DNA of 64,000 bases from Plasmodiophora brassicae (Eukaryota), in NCBI GenBank assembly GCA_036867785.1, contig CP145410.1, forward strand, positions 186,001-250,000, given 5' to 3'. Below are positions 24,595-37,183 of this stretch, in pieces. The stretch's first letter is position 1, and each line of letters starts with the position of its first letter. The position numbers were made by a program, and so were the translations under genes. The notes beneath the pieces are model-generated. The model searched no databases. It had not been told where the DNA came from and worked only from the letters and a program-made list of their open reading frames with translations.

Positions 24595-25014
24595 CAGCGA
24601 CCGGCACCGAGGGCGAGTGTCCAGCAGCTGGCAACCGCAACCGGCTATTATCTCAAAACAGACGGCGATGCCGGAAATAGCAACGCGGGGATTCCTGACG
24701 TCGCCGACCTTCGCCGCTGGACGTGATTTCCAGCCGCGACATGCCGTTGGTGGATCCCGCTGTATACGTCAAGGTTAACCTCAACGTCGGTCGGCGACCC
24801 ATGGGCCGTTTGCAATCTGCGAGTCGTACGATTTCTCCAACGACAGGAAAGGCCATCTGCTATACACTCTGCGTCGGATCTGGCTGCTGCGCCAACGTTT
24901 GCACGGCGTGCTGCCCGGGAAGCCATGGCGCGGACCTGTCTGTCGTCCCAGTCCAGGGGGGCAAAACGTGTGGCGCGGCCGTGGGCCGTGGGCGTGGCAG
25001 CTTGCAGTTCAGAG

Positions 25015-25620
25015 ATGGATCATGACGGGATCGTGCGCGTGTGCACGGCGTGCCGGCCCGTCTGGCGTCTGAGGGGCGCCGTTGTGCGCGGCCAGGCCCG
25101 TGGTCGCGACCTGGGCTTCCCGACCGCGAACCTCGGCGAGGCGGCCTGGGCCGGGCAGAGCCGCCTGCCTCGGCACGGCGTCTACATCGGGTGGGCGGCC
25201 ATCTCGTCGCGTCCCGGCGTGGCGTACAAGGCTATGGTATCCGTCGGTGACAACCCGTCGTTCGGGAGCGATAACAGTGTCACCATCGTAAGGACAGCGC
25301 TGCGGGCAACAGACCGAACCAAGACAGTTGACACGTGCAAATGCGCAGGAAGCGTATCTGTGCAATGAGTTCAGCAAAGACTTCTACGGAGACACGATGA
25401 GCCTCTTGATCGTCGCCAGAATTCGAGATATGATGCGGATCAGCTTTGGTAATGGGCACAGGCGTATCTGTCGTCATCGTAGGCTAATGGACGTGTTCGT
25501 GCAGACCAGTTGGTGCGCGCCATTCGGAACGATACGGCATTCGGGACCATGGCGTTGGATCAGCCAGAGTTCGCTCAGCTCAGAGACGACCCGTGGCTGT
25601 TCGGTATGAACGACCAGTAG
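25015..25620 (+). CDS. RFK: Riboflavin kinase, multi-exon
   Basis: GAVVRGQARGRDLGFPTANL, GVYIGWA, SVGDNPSF, EAYL..FSKDFYG, LVRAIRND. Confidence 0.9.
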
Positions 25621-25729
25621 TGCGGACCTGCCTTCCGAAATGTGAGGACACCGGGGTCGGCTATCCAGTTAAATATTATCGGCTGCTTTACATACAATAT
25701 TTAATCAACCATGTACAGAAATACAAGGC

Positions 25730-28700
25730 TTACGACGATCCATTCTGGGAGGGTACACAGTAGAATTTGTCAAACGGATTCATGCCCGGGTCTACTTTGC
25801 CTTTCGTTGTCCGATCGATAGCGCCGGCAATGAAACGCAGCTCTGGAAACGCTGCCGCCAATCGCCACAGCACGGCACGAACGGCAATTATCGATACGAT
25901 CGTGATGCAAGACTCGCCGAACCCTCTACACCAACCGTATAAGCCATGGGTAGTAAGCGACGCGAGTTTGCTCGACCTTTGCGCGAGCGCGTTGACAACA
26001 TCGCAGATAACGGCTTCTGACTCGACCATAGCGATGAAGACGAGAATGTTGCAGAGCCCGGACCTGACGAAAATGAATACCCCAATGACGTACGTATGCT
26101 CACATGACGAACCTGCTGCCGTCTGGAATGTCGCCGTATACAGGAACATTGACCGCTTTCAAGACGCCGTCTGCCTGTTTGACATACTCCTCCTTGAACG
26201 AAACGACGCCAGCCGAGATCCGCCCGCAGAGCGAAAATATCGACAGGCTGTGCTCCAAGGCGTGCCGCCCTGCCGAAACGAATCAGCGACGGCGACTAAG
26301 GCCTTGCGTTCTCTCTACCAGCTGAACTTGTTCCAACTGCTACGATGGCGCGTTCGAACCGACGCGCGGAGAATGGAAACCCATTCGCAGATGTTGTCGC
26401 ACTCTCCCGAATTGGAAAATCGGAGACCGCTGCCCGCCAATCCGTCAAACCGAAACGAAACGGCATTGCTGTTCGAGGCACTGACCCTTTGCGACCAGAA
26501 GTGACAGCAGTCTCTGCGCGCACGACGTGTACTGGACAGGGGTGACATTCGTGTCGCGAATGCCGCAAAAGAGCATTTGCGCCTCAACGGATTCGTCCAG
26601 GACGGCTGTCGAAACATGTCATTCACGCAGCGCAGTCATACGAATGTTGATGGCCTACCGCATCGCTGAGGGAGGTAATCGGAACCATACGCGGGGACCA
26701 TGTACGCCGGGTTAGGTGTTCGATTGTCGATTGAAAGATCTGTCAAGATGATCAACCTCTCGCAGCTAGAAGAGACGACGTTCGTGACGAGGACCTGAAA
26801 TACCGCTGCTGAGGACGCTTGCACGCGGCGACTCTAACCTCTATAAGCAACACATTAGATCCGTGCGGGTCCGGCCACAAGAAACCAACGCTATCACATT
26901 CTGAGGAGATCCAACACGAGCTAGAGACATCTTGGACCGAACGGAAGAGAAGAATCCTCGTTTGAACTGAATCGGAGAGTCAGTGGAAGGTACCGACGTG
27001 TTCATGCAGTCGAGGCAGCGCGCAGGATTATGATCAGCCAGGTCGATGTCGGCACTGGAATGAATAACGAGGTCATGGCATGCTAAACCGTATCAGTTGG
27101 TACAAGTCACAATAGAGGACGCACATAACTCGGCATACCGGCGAATCCCCCTTCACATGACGATACGTATTTGAATCCTTTCTGGACAAAGAAAAGTTGG
27201 AGTCCCATGAACTGTTGCCTCGACCTCGAGTCATGTGAATCCAGGAGAAACACGAAATGGCAGCCCACCATGGAAGACAAGGACTCGACTCGTCTAGCAA
27301 GTTTTTCCGGCTCCATGTACTGTGCAGGCATGTCGTGAGCTATCAGTCGCAACAAACAAGACGAACGCTGACCAGTGTCGGATCCAAATGGTACGCATGC
27401 GGAAGATGACCCGAATTGTAGTGGTTGAGGGGACGGCAGTCAATGATGAAGAATTGTAGGGCACTTCTAGGAGACGCTTGTGCAACCCTTGGACTCTGAG
27501 GAGGCGCATTTAGGGCAGGGTAGCAGTGGCCGATGACTTCTTCAGCAGCAATGGATATACACTCCAACGCAGCAATGCGTTGGTACAGGGCAGACTGTTG
27601 AATAAACACTTTCAGCCTTCGAATCCACAACGCGAAATCGCCCTCAACGTACATCCACAGTCACGTTGCGTGATACAACAGATCGGAAGTACGTAACGAA
27701 CGAGACAGGCGTCTGGAAACTAAAAATTAGCATGCAGTAAACCACAGACCAACGATAACAACCGAGCTTAGAAGATTGTTTGCAGTGGCAAACAATTCGT
27801 CAACATTAGCGACGGACACGACACTCAGTTGCGTCAATTTCTCAGGAAGGACAACAACACTTTGTGAGCGGATTGAGTCGGAATTCGATATCAGAAGAGC
27901 AGCCGCCAAGAAATACAGAATCAACGGTTCGTGGTGGAACCTATTTCAAATAACAGGTCACAGGGCATTCCTGGTCGGAGGCAGACGATCTGACATCAAA
28001 CAGTCCCATACGTAGAGAAGAACAGAAAACGGGAGTCTGTTCGCAAATACTGTCATAAACCAGGGAGAAGCGTACAGTTCCGGGCTCATGTCATTATCGT
28101 CGAGGAAGTTTGCTAGCTACGAAGGATTAGGGTCCCGATGACTGTGCAGCGGAAACATCATCACAAACCTTCGGGTCATGATACCTGCGAAACCTGTTAG
28201 ACAGTGGTCATACACATGCTCTCTTAACTCGTGATTTACACCAGAATCGCTCGGAACATTCGAAAAATGCACTGCAGTCCACCGAATTGGTCATCGGTGA
28301 ATGTGTTTGGACAGAACCGCCGAATGAAAGCGGACATGCACGAATAGGCGTCGTGTGCTCTTGAGGTGCCGAACACAAACAAGAACGGAGCAGCGATGTA
28401 GTTCAAACCCTGGATAATAGGGTAAGCTGCATGCAATCACAAACGTGTGCTGCAAGTCTCACGACCTGCTTATAATTGATCAGGTGGCGTTTGCAGAACA
28501 GCGTAAGCATCATCTCCAGAGCGTCTCCAACGGCACTGTCGTTCCGAAAGAAGTCGACGTCGGGTCGGGTCCTCTGGATGTCCATCCGAATAACGCGTTG
28601 GTTGTAGAGGTCAAAATCACATTCAGGCAGCTGAACGTCGGACCCCTCGTTTGGCAGTTTCGCGTTCAGCAACGCCTGCCAAACATCAGCCCTATTGGCG

Positions 28701-29218
28701 GTCGTAATGGACGCGGCCGAACATCGTTCCCTGATGACATTCGCATTCGGGACAGGTTTTCGAAGTTCATCTTCAAGAGAAAACGGCGACTGGTGGCGAC
28801 GCATTCCACTCGAACTGGACAAACCACGTGTCACAAACAGCACCACCAACATGGCCAACTACGAAGGTTCGTCGTACGTTTCAAGTGAGCTTTGGGAAAG
28901 CGACCGAACTCGCGACCGAGCGGATTCCGATCCCGACGACCCCGTCCCCGTAGAAGCCTCCATTCGGAAAGATCGCGATCGTCGAGCAGCATCCGAGCCA
29001 CTCTGCTCCGCTTCGCGGACGAGACTGATCAGCTTGACCCAGGACGGGTGCTGAATATTGAACACGACGCCGTCATCGGTCTTATCGACGGCGCACTCCA
29101 TCAGCATCTCCCTGTACCCGGGCACATGCTTCCGGGACATGACCCGCTCCTCGATCTGCGCCAGCGTGAACGTGCGCAGGTAGCGCCCGTCGACGGCATC
29201 CGCCTCGGCGTCCTCCAT
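25730..29218 (-). CDS. TBC1D23-like protein (Rab-GAP TBC + rhodanese), apparently extending into a UPRT-like C-terminal domain; many exons
   Basis: RVIRMDIQRTR, YKQ|GLNYIAAPF, LYASPWFMT, FFIIDCRP...SGHLPHAYHLDP; C-terminus AAFPELRFIAGAID...DPGMNPFDKFY. The fusion is not proven. Confidence 0.7.
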
Positions 29219-29708
29219 CAGGCGAACAGGTAAATGACGGCAGATCCGCGGCGCATTCGCCGCCTTCCCATGTGATGATGACCTTGCTGCCCAAAACGCG
29301 ACGAGGTCAGGTGGACGCAAAACGATTCACTGCTCGTTTTTGCAGACGATGCCTAATACCTGTACGTACGCCCGCAAGGCCTGCTTCCGACCCACCGCTG
29401 AACGTCACACGCCGACCCGGGACGGACGCGGCAGCCCGGTGCTGTCGCGGCAAACCGCACACTGAAGATAGGATAACTTGTGGGCTCCGGATCTATATTC
29501 TCGACACAGTGTGTGTATTCTATCGCAGATCGTCGCGCCCCTGTGACTGCATGCGGGCCGGGACGACGCGGCTCCGGTGCCTCCACCGTCGCGGACGGAC
29601 CTCACGTTACGCCGGGTGATACGACGTATATGGGCGCTCTTCGTGGGTTCGGAGCGGTTTATTTACCCCAGCGAGCGTCGTGGGCGTTGGGAGGCGGGCG
29701 TGTGACGT

Positions 29709-31982
29709 ATGGAAGGTGGTCCGCCCGGTGCTGAAACGCCGGCGCCCGACACGGCCGGCGTCGTCGCCTGGTTGGGCAGCGTGTCGCGCGATGACCTCGT
29801 CCGGTACGTGGCGTGCGACTACGCCAGCCGGGTGAAGAAGACCGCACTGCGGGCGCGCTCGGCCAGACTACGGTTCCAGCACAATCTGGCGCTGCTGGAT
29901 CAGATGGCGGGCGCCGATGAGTCGGCGGCGGGCGCCCAGATCCAGTCGACGAAAGCGGCCATGGACGTGGCCGCCCAGATCGAATCGGCCCCCCTGGACC
30001 GGATGCCGCTCAGTGAAATCGTCAACGTGCACGCGCGTACCGAAACGCTCTGGGAACAGGCCGTGTCGCAGTTCTGCATCCTCCAGGACTGCGTCCAGAA
30101 ATCGGCTCGGCAAACGTTCGACGATCGCCTGACGTGCGCGCTTGGCGCATTCAGGCGCGCCTATCCCCGCCTCGACATGCTCCGTCAGGCCATCGGCCAG
30201 CGCCAGTCCCTGCACAGCGACATCCTTCGCGAGTGCAGCGCGGCGATGCCGGTGCTGACGATGGGCGAGGTCCAGGAGTCGTGGAACCAGCTGGATCGGC
30301 ACGGCCCTGTCAACGCGGCCGAAGCCAGCGACCTCGAGACCGCGCTGGGCAACGCGCTCAGAGGGGCGATGCGCCCGGACGTGTCGCAGAACGAGGCGCT
30401 CGCGTCGATCGACGCTGTGGGGAAACGCATCGATGCGTCGATCGAGGACCATACGAGGAAATACCGCGATGAGGCGCATAACCGGTCAACCCTAGTCGTG
30501 CACCTTCGTCAGGTTCTGTCGGCGCGCGCGACACCCCACCTCCGTCAGCAACGAGACGCACCCAGCGCTGTTGTGAAGCCTAAGCCGCGATGGGGCTCGA
30601 TGGAGCAGCCGTTGAACCCGTTGAGTTCGACGCCGCGTGCATCGGCCATGCAAACGGCCGCTGTTGCCAGCGAATCAGCGTTCAACCAGGTGCCCCGACC
30701 TCTTCATCGACGAGTATCGAACGTGAGCGGGCGAACGGCTGTTGCAACCCTTAAGCGGTATGTCAAGACGGTTTTGAGCGATGGCGAGCAACGCCTTCAA
30801 CCTGCTTCGACCGCGGGTGACACTTCGCCAGTCAACGTCTGCTTCAGTTCGCCGTCATCTTCAGCGTTCGAGTCCCGCGACCAGTGCCTCGCCGAAGGTC
30901 AGCAACCTGTAGGCGATATGGGCCTGATCACCCTTGCTGCTCCCACCGACGCTCTGATGGCGTCCTCGATACCCTTCGCCGGGCGTGCTGTAACGCCACC
31001 TGCGACTCTCAACGACACGCTGGTCGGAACCAGCCCTTCGCCTGGGTCGGCACGTGATGACGTTCCGTTTATCGGGTCCGTTTCGCATCCGCAGGCGGTG
31101 CCGTTCTCGAATTCGACGTTTCGTTCGAGGGATATTCCCTTCAGCGGTGCACCCAGTTATACGTCCCCGATCGTTGCGTCCAGGGTGCACCCACGAGCTC
31201 CGAGCGAGAACATGCCAGACACGGCCTTGGTACAGGTTGTTCGGCCGGTAGCGCGCGACGCGTCGTCTGCATCGTTGTCACACGATGGGCGTTTGACGAA
31301 CTCCGTCTTTTCCTCGGCTGAGTCGGATAGCTGTGGGGACAATTCTCCACGCATGCCAGTCGATGAAGGTGGCGAGAACATCAACCCGGAAACGTCATCC
31401 AATTCTGGCACTGAGTCCGATGACGTCGACATGCACGACGTTGTCGAGGAGACGCCGGTCACGCGAAAGGACGACCCAACGTACTTCGACGGCGACGCAC
31501 GAGTAAAAACCGTCGTCTGTGCGTGCAAGTTCGACAGCATTCTGCCGGATCCAGAGCCGTTTGTCTGGCTCTACAGGACGTACCAGTCTCCGCGGTATCA
31601 AGAACTGACGTTCTCGTTCACGAAGACGCAGACTCTCTCCGTCGTCGTTCCTCAGCGGCTCATCATCGTTGACTCGATCTGCGAGTGCATGAGCATGATC
31701 CCCACCACCGTGGCGGCACTGAAGAGCAAGAAGAAGAGCTTCTTCCGAGCCCTAACCGGTCTAGGATATGCACGGAAAATGCTCGCCAAGCGGGATAAGA
31801 AGTTCCAGAAGCAGGCCTGGACGGCAACCGTGGCAGGATCGAAACAGTGGATCTCCCGTGTCCGCGGGTTCTCCTCGAACTCACTGAATCTCAACGAATA
31901 CGACCTCCGACGACTCGAGGAGTTCATCGACAAAAGGGTAAAGCGCACACCAATGGGGACGGGGTATCGGATATCGGTCTGA
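29709..31982 (+). CDS. Hypothetical protein (helical N-terminus, low-complexity Ser/Pro middle)
   Basis: 757-aa uninterrupted ORF with coding-like codon bias; no family recognised. Confidence 0.65.
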   Translation: MEGGPPGAETPAPDTAGVVAWLGSVSRDDLVRYVACDYASRVKKTALRARSARLRFQHNLALLDQMAGADESAAGAQIQSTKAAMDVAAQIESAPLDRMPLSEIVNVHARTETLWEQAVSQFCILQDCVQKSARQTFDDRLTCALGAFRRAYPRLDMLRQAIGQRQSLHSDILRECSAAMPVLTMGEVQESWNQLDRHGPVNAAEASDLETALGNALRGAMRPDVSQNEALASIDAVGKRIDASIEDHTRKYRDEAHNRSTLVVHLRQVLSARATPHLRQQRDAPSAVVKPKPRWGSMEQPLNPLSSTPRASAMQTAAVASESAFNQVPRPLHRRVSNVSGRTAVATLKRYVKTVLSDGEQRLQPASTAGDTSPVNVCFSSPSSSAFESRDQCLAEGQQPVGDMGLITLAAPTDALMASSIPFAGRAVTPPATLNDTLVGTSPSPGSARDDVPFIGSVSHPQAVPFSNSTFRSRDIPFSGAPSYTSPIVASRVHPRAPSENMPDTALVQVVRPVARDASSASLSHDGRLTNSVFSSAESDSCGDNSPRMPVDEGGENINPETSSNSGTESDDVDMHDVVEETPVTRKDDPTYFDGDARVKTVVCACKFDSILPDPEPFVWLYRTYQSPRYQELTFSFTKTQTLSVVVPQRLIIVDSICECMSMIPTTVAALKSKKKSFFRALTGLGYARKMLAKRDKKFQKQAWTATVAGSKQWISRVRGFSSNSLNLNEYDLRRLEEFIDKRVKRTPMGTGYRISV

Positions 31983-32157
31983 CGGTTGGGTAATAACAGG
32001 TTGCACCTATACTGCAAAACTGGGAAAACTACATGACGTGCGGCGCATGAACGCGACGACTAACCCCAGCAGGAGGAGCCTGCTGCTAATATACTAATAT
32101 TCTGTACACTGCATGCATGATGCATCGAGTAGCAACGGCTGGCGTACCTCGTGAGCT

Positions 32158-32895
32158 TTATCTCTGCCGAGGAACCAGCCTGATAAAGTCCACCTGGATG
32201 TCCTTCGATTGAAGCTTATGGAAACCGTACGACTGCGGGAGATCGAATCGCAATTCAGCAAGCACTTTAGCTTCGGCTCCCCATTCTCTGGCCTTCTTCA
32301 GGATGTGCTGCTCAACAGCAATGAGTAACATTTGAATGTGACGCCGAGAACGTTAGACGTACCTGACGAGTCGAGGTCTTGTGCAGCGAGTAGACGGCGC
32401 TTGTCGCTAGATCAAGCGCCGTGCGAATAAATGCCATGTCAATGCCCTTACATCTGGTCCCGAACGGGGGATTCATTATGACTGTGTCGAACTTCCTCAT
32501 CCGCAATGTGTTCACGTCGCCCCGCACAAGGTCGATGACATCGTTCAGTTCCAGCTCGTCAACGTTTGCTCGAGCCGATTCCAGGGCAGTCTCATCGACG
32601 TCGACTCCGACGACACACCTGAACGAATGCATTCGATGAGTGCAAACTCGTAAAAGTCCCGAAAATTCATTTGCATCTATCACCTGCTTCCCATCAACGC
32701 GCTGGCCACAGAGAGCATGCCGCATCCGACACCTAGATCGAGCACGCGCCTGTCCTCAATGTCGCCAAGGCCGTGCATGGTGTGCACCATAACAGCCGCC
32801 AGGTGCGGCGATGTCATATACTGCTCCAGTGCAATGTTCGGACACTGGAAACCGTCCACATCGTGCAGGGCGCTCTCCAGGTGCTTTAGCTTCAT
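32158..32895 (-). CDS. METTL5: rRNA N6-adenosine methyltransferase METTL5, multi-exon
   Basis: MKLKHLESAL, LEQYMTSPHLAA, VLDLGVGCGML, MNPPFGT, VYSLHKTSTR. Confidence 0.92.
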
Positions 32896-33673
32896 CTCGG
32901 CGTCTGTCCAGGACGACGGCGCCCCGTCCCTGGGGCAAAACTGCGCGCGGCTTTTCTCTGCCTGGCTAGAATACGACTTACACGAGCCACGCGGGACGGC
33001 CTTGCTCTGGAGAGTGAAATGTCGACACTCGAGCATCAAGTGCCAACAGACTGTCCAACGTGTATTTGGGGCCAGGCCTCATTCAGTGAGTGCTATAGGA
33101 GGCCGTCGGCGGTCGTCTCCAGTCGATAACGGGAGTGCCAGCGAACCATGGGTAAATCAAACCAGTCCCCATCCGACGATTGAGCCATGAACCCGTCCCC
33201 GAGGAATCGATTTAACCTAGCGCGTCACCTCAATCGGGAACCTGTTTGCCTGATAACAGGGGTCTAGTGCTGATGGCGCTGTGGGCACTCTGCATCATAT
33301 AATAACACTGCCCCGCATAAGCTGTCAGCGTGACTATACGGGGTATCGCGGGGCCGATCGCGCCAGGGCCATCCTGGATGACACGCGTCTTCGTGATGCC
33401 ATCGGAAGATGTGACGTCGATGCCCGCCATCATGGAAGCCGCCGGCCTCCATGTCACTGACGTTGTCAACCACAGGAACAAGAACTGGTACACTCCGCTC
33501 ACATGGCGCTCGTTTCTAAGAACCCGGGACAGCTGCGGTTCTCCGGCAGTTGGACCTGGTTCATGAGCTGTCCGCTGCAGAGTAATAGTCCCGCAGTCAG
33601 GAGTGCAGCGGCGGCGCTTCGAGCCGACGCAGTCCCACATGGAGTGAAAGCAGCGTGCCAGGCGCAGTCCGCA

Positions 33674-34557
33674 ATGGAGGCGATGGCACGGTTGTCGCGG
33701 GCGGTCATCGACGAGGTCCTGCTGCACACGCAGGAGGACATCTTGATCGGGCACGACGAGCATGTCGCGCGCGGCATCGTCCGCGACCTGCAGCAGCGCT
33801 GGGAGCGGAAGCTGTCCGAGGCGCAGGCCCAGCGTCTGTCCGATCAGGCGCTGCTGAGCCAGACCGCTCCCGGTCAGGTGATCGACCCAGACTACCAGAC
33901 GCGATCTTCGTCGTCGTCTGCCGCCTCCAATGTACACCACGGGCAAGCCAGCGGGAACACAGAGGACAATGCCACCGCAGACGGGAAGGCTGAAGCCAAC
34001 GGCAATGGCAAAGAAGAGGCCGCAGAGAGCAGCGGTATCAGGGCGCTAAAGAAGCGGCCAGCGTCGAAGTCGCCGCCCAGGAAAGTGAAGAAGACCAGAA
34101 CGGATGAAACGTCGGAAGATGCGTCGCTGGGGACTTCCGATGATGACGAGGCGGAGGTAACGCATCGTCGTCCTCTGGGCGATTCTCTGTCGGACCAACG
34201 TGCTTCCGGTCTAGGTTGTGACCGGAGATCCAAGCACTGATGACCTGCTGCTGTGCCAGTACAGTAAGATACAGGTCTGGGCGGCATTGCTGCGCATCGC
34301 GTCTGCACCGGTGTGACCGTTATCGGGCGACAGAATCACAAAGGCAAATGGAAATGCCAGTTTTCTGGCGGCATCATGCACCTGAGAGGACGCGACTACG
34401 TGTTCCGAGACGCCACTGGGGACTTCCGTAAGTATCGCGGGCTCGCCGATTCTTCGTCTACGTTGAAGAAGTTGCATATCGTTTTCGCACGACCATTTCC
34501 CCGTTTGATACATCCTCGTACTGACTTTGTATTCGGTCAGGCTTTTCCGAAGCATAA
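33674..34557 (+). CDS. GTF2A1: Transcription factor IIA large subunit; 3' end uncertain
   Basis: VIDEV...DLQQRWERKL N-terminus; LLLCQYSK and KGKWKCQFSGGIMHLRGRDYVFRDATGDF C-terminus. Confidence 0.8.
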
Positions 34558-34801
34558 CTAGCCTGCCATCGCTTGGAACCTGTATCATAAACTCACGACT
34601 GGCCCTGGAACATACGCTCTCGTTGCAGGGAGTTTACCTGATCGCCAAAGGAAGCCCGATACACGAGGATCTGCTCTCTGCAGTGCACAATCGCAGCGGT
34701 CGAGCTCCGTCACAGGATCGCCACCCATTACGTCGGCAGTCGGCACTGGGCGCTCTGGTTGAACTCACGGCCGTCGTCGATATTGGTTTTACCTATTCGA
34801 A

Positions 34802-36371
34802 ATGGCCAGTACCGGGGAGCAGACGGGCGACCACGATCCTCATGTTCGCGAGAAACTTCCAGCAGTTGTCGACCCTATTGCACCGCGAGATAGTCTGATC
34901 CACCGGCCCACGGTCGAGTCTGTAGCGGCTAAGGTTCAGCGGATCGTCGTGATACTGAACCCGTTCTCTGGCAATGGCCGAGGTTGGCTCATTGTAATCG
35001 GCTCGTCCCTGCATTCATCCTCTTCACAGGCAACCGGGCTTGGTCTAAGGTCCAGCCCGTGTTTGAAGCCGCCAACATCCACATAACGTTGAGGACGACC
35101 GAAAGCCAAAAGCATGCCGTCACGATCGCCCGCGAACTCGGTGCTGACGCTGGCGATGCGCTTGTTGTTATCGGTGGAGACGGCACCCTGTCGGAAGTGC
35201 TGGCGGGCATGATGACGGCTCCTCACAAGATCGACATACCGGTTGGACTTATCCCGGGAGGGACTGGCAATTCCGTTGTATGCACCCGCCGGATAGTAAC
35301 GGGTCTATGTGATGGCTGATCAGCTGTCAGGCGTGTTCTCTTGGCATCAAGGACCCTGAAGTCGCTGCGCGTGCCATCGTCGGAGGCAGGCACTGCCCGA
35401 TCGATATTGGCAAGATCATCTGCACATCGAATGGGACCAAGCGGGAGCACTTCATGATCAACCTGTGTGGATTCGGCTTGGGCGTCGTAGGTGGCCGTTC
35501 TCGGTACACTCTGAAGGGGCAACTCTGAACAGTCTCCTAAGGATGCCAATGTCACCGCTGCTAACCTGAGATTGTTCGGGAAAATGAGGTCGGGTCCTTT
35601 CTGGACGATCTATAGGCACAGTATGTCCTGTCGTTGATCCCAGGGGGTGTGCAGATACGACGTCGGTGCGTTCTGGCAGATCCTCAAAGGGCGCCGCCGG
35701 AATATGACCATATCTATCGATGGCGATAATGTTGAGGTTACTAATGGCCTCGCTTATGGTCGAGGCGTGCGTGTCTAACTGTCAGCATATAGGGCGACAT
35801 CTGTAGGTGACGCATCGCATGAATCCCTATGACCTCCCGTCTAAGTACGGTTCGCACCAGTAATCGTCATGATCCAGAACAACAAGCACGGTGGCGTTGG
35901 ATTACGTCTGGCACCAGCAGCGATCATGGATGACGGGTTAGTAAGCGAGCGTCGCGTCCAGCTAGGCCGTTCGCTAATGGCTGCCCAATGTCAATCAGGC
36001 TCCTCGACATTGTCGTGTTACCGAATATCGGTCAGGATCTCGAACAGAAGGTGCAGGGATGCCGTTGACCATAACGGACAGGTCGTGCCGGAACCTTGTC
36101 ACTATTCTCTCGATTGAAGGACAACGGCAAGCACGTTAGCGACAAAGCGGTTGTGTATCGACGCTTCAGGAAGGTGACTCTGAAGCCCGACCAGCCACAG
36201 CGGTACAACCTGGGTAGGTGCAATGCCGAACGATATCAGTACCGTAATAGTGATGACTGCAATGTACTCACAACAGACGGGGAGAACTTCGACGAGTACA
36301 CCGAGATGGAGATTGAAGTCGTCCCGAGGGCGATAAACATGTTCGTCGCAACGGAACCGCACTTGTGCTGA
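34802..36371 (+). CDS. Diacylglycerol/sphingosine kinase family lipid kinase, many exons
   Basis: VILNPFSGNG, VIGGDGTLSEV, GLIPGGTGNS, APAAIMDDG, DGE near the C-terminus. Confidence 0.85.
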
Positions 36372-36405
36372 TGAACGCCCACGTCTCGATAATACAAAAG
36401 CCAGT

Positions 36406-37112
36406 TCAGACAGTTTCGCCAGGACGTGCTCGACGCTTAACCTCGTGAATCGATAACAGGAACCGCTTGACCTTCTCGTTCGTCGCCGGGTCCCCCACGT
36501 CAACAATCGCGTTAATGAACGTCGACGCCTGGCTTGGATCCATACCATGGAACGAGCCGCGTGCTGTGCACGTCAGGATAAGCGATGCGAACGGCGCCGG
36601 CAATCCACTCGCTAGACACGTCTTGGCACCGAATGCTGACGCCGGAAGTGGCGTCGTACAGCAGTGAATCAGTATAGCATCAGCACAGTTCCGATCTGTG
36701 CAAGCAAGTTAACCGAATTCAGGCACGTCATCTTCCAATGACGGCTCGTACGGGCGCGCACAGCCATGGCAGGGATCCTCTCCGGGTGCTCCCGACAGCG
36801 CTTCAAGCACGCCATCACCGACATCGGCCTGTCTTCGACGCCGTCACGTTCCAGTGAACCCTCCGCTTCCATACAATCGTCATCACATTCATCACAAGGA
36901 ACCCAGCCCGAATCCTGACACGTTCCCTGTCAACGTTCGGCACATGACCCGCAGGCATACGCACCGACCGGCGGCCTGATCAGCAACCTCGCGACCTCGA
37001 TCTGCGGGATCGTCAGCAGCTGCGGGTCGTCTCGTCCAGGAGGTGGTTCGCTAACGTACACCAGCTGTAACAGGGCGCGCCCGTTCCCGTCGCGCAGGTA
37101 CAGCTCGTCCAT
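36406..37112 (-). CDS. Hypothetical spliced protein divergent from AspRS
   Basis: Coding-like segments MDELYLRDGNG..., ...MACLKRCREHPERIP... and ...NEKVKRFLLSIHEV, separated by short GT-AG intron candidates. Confidence 0.35.
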
Positions 37113-37183
37113 GGGCGGGAATGTAACGCTTGGAGGCGCAGGCCGCGGCGGAGTCCGAAGGCCCTCTTCGGCAGTGTCGATCC

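Noticed and set aside
29050-29218. N-terminus of the TBC protein loosely resembling the ubiquitin-fold domain of E1
   Set aside because: Similarity too weak by eye
33190-33670. Short ORFs between METTL5 and TFIIA
   Set aside because: No motif or consistent splice pattern; treated as intergenic
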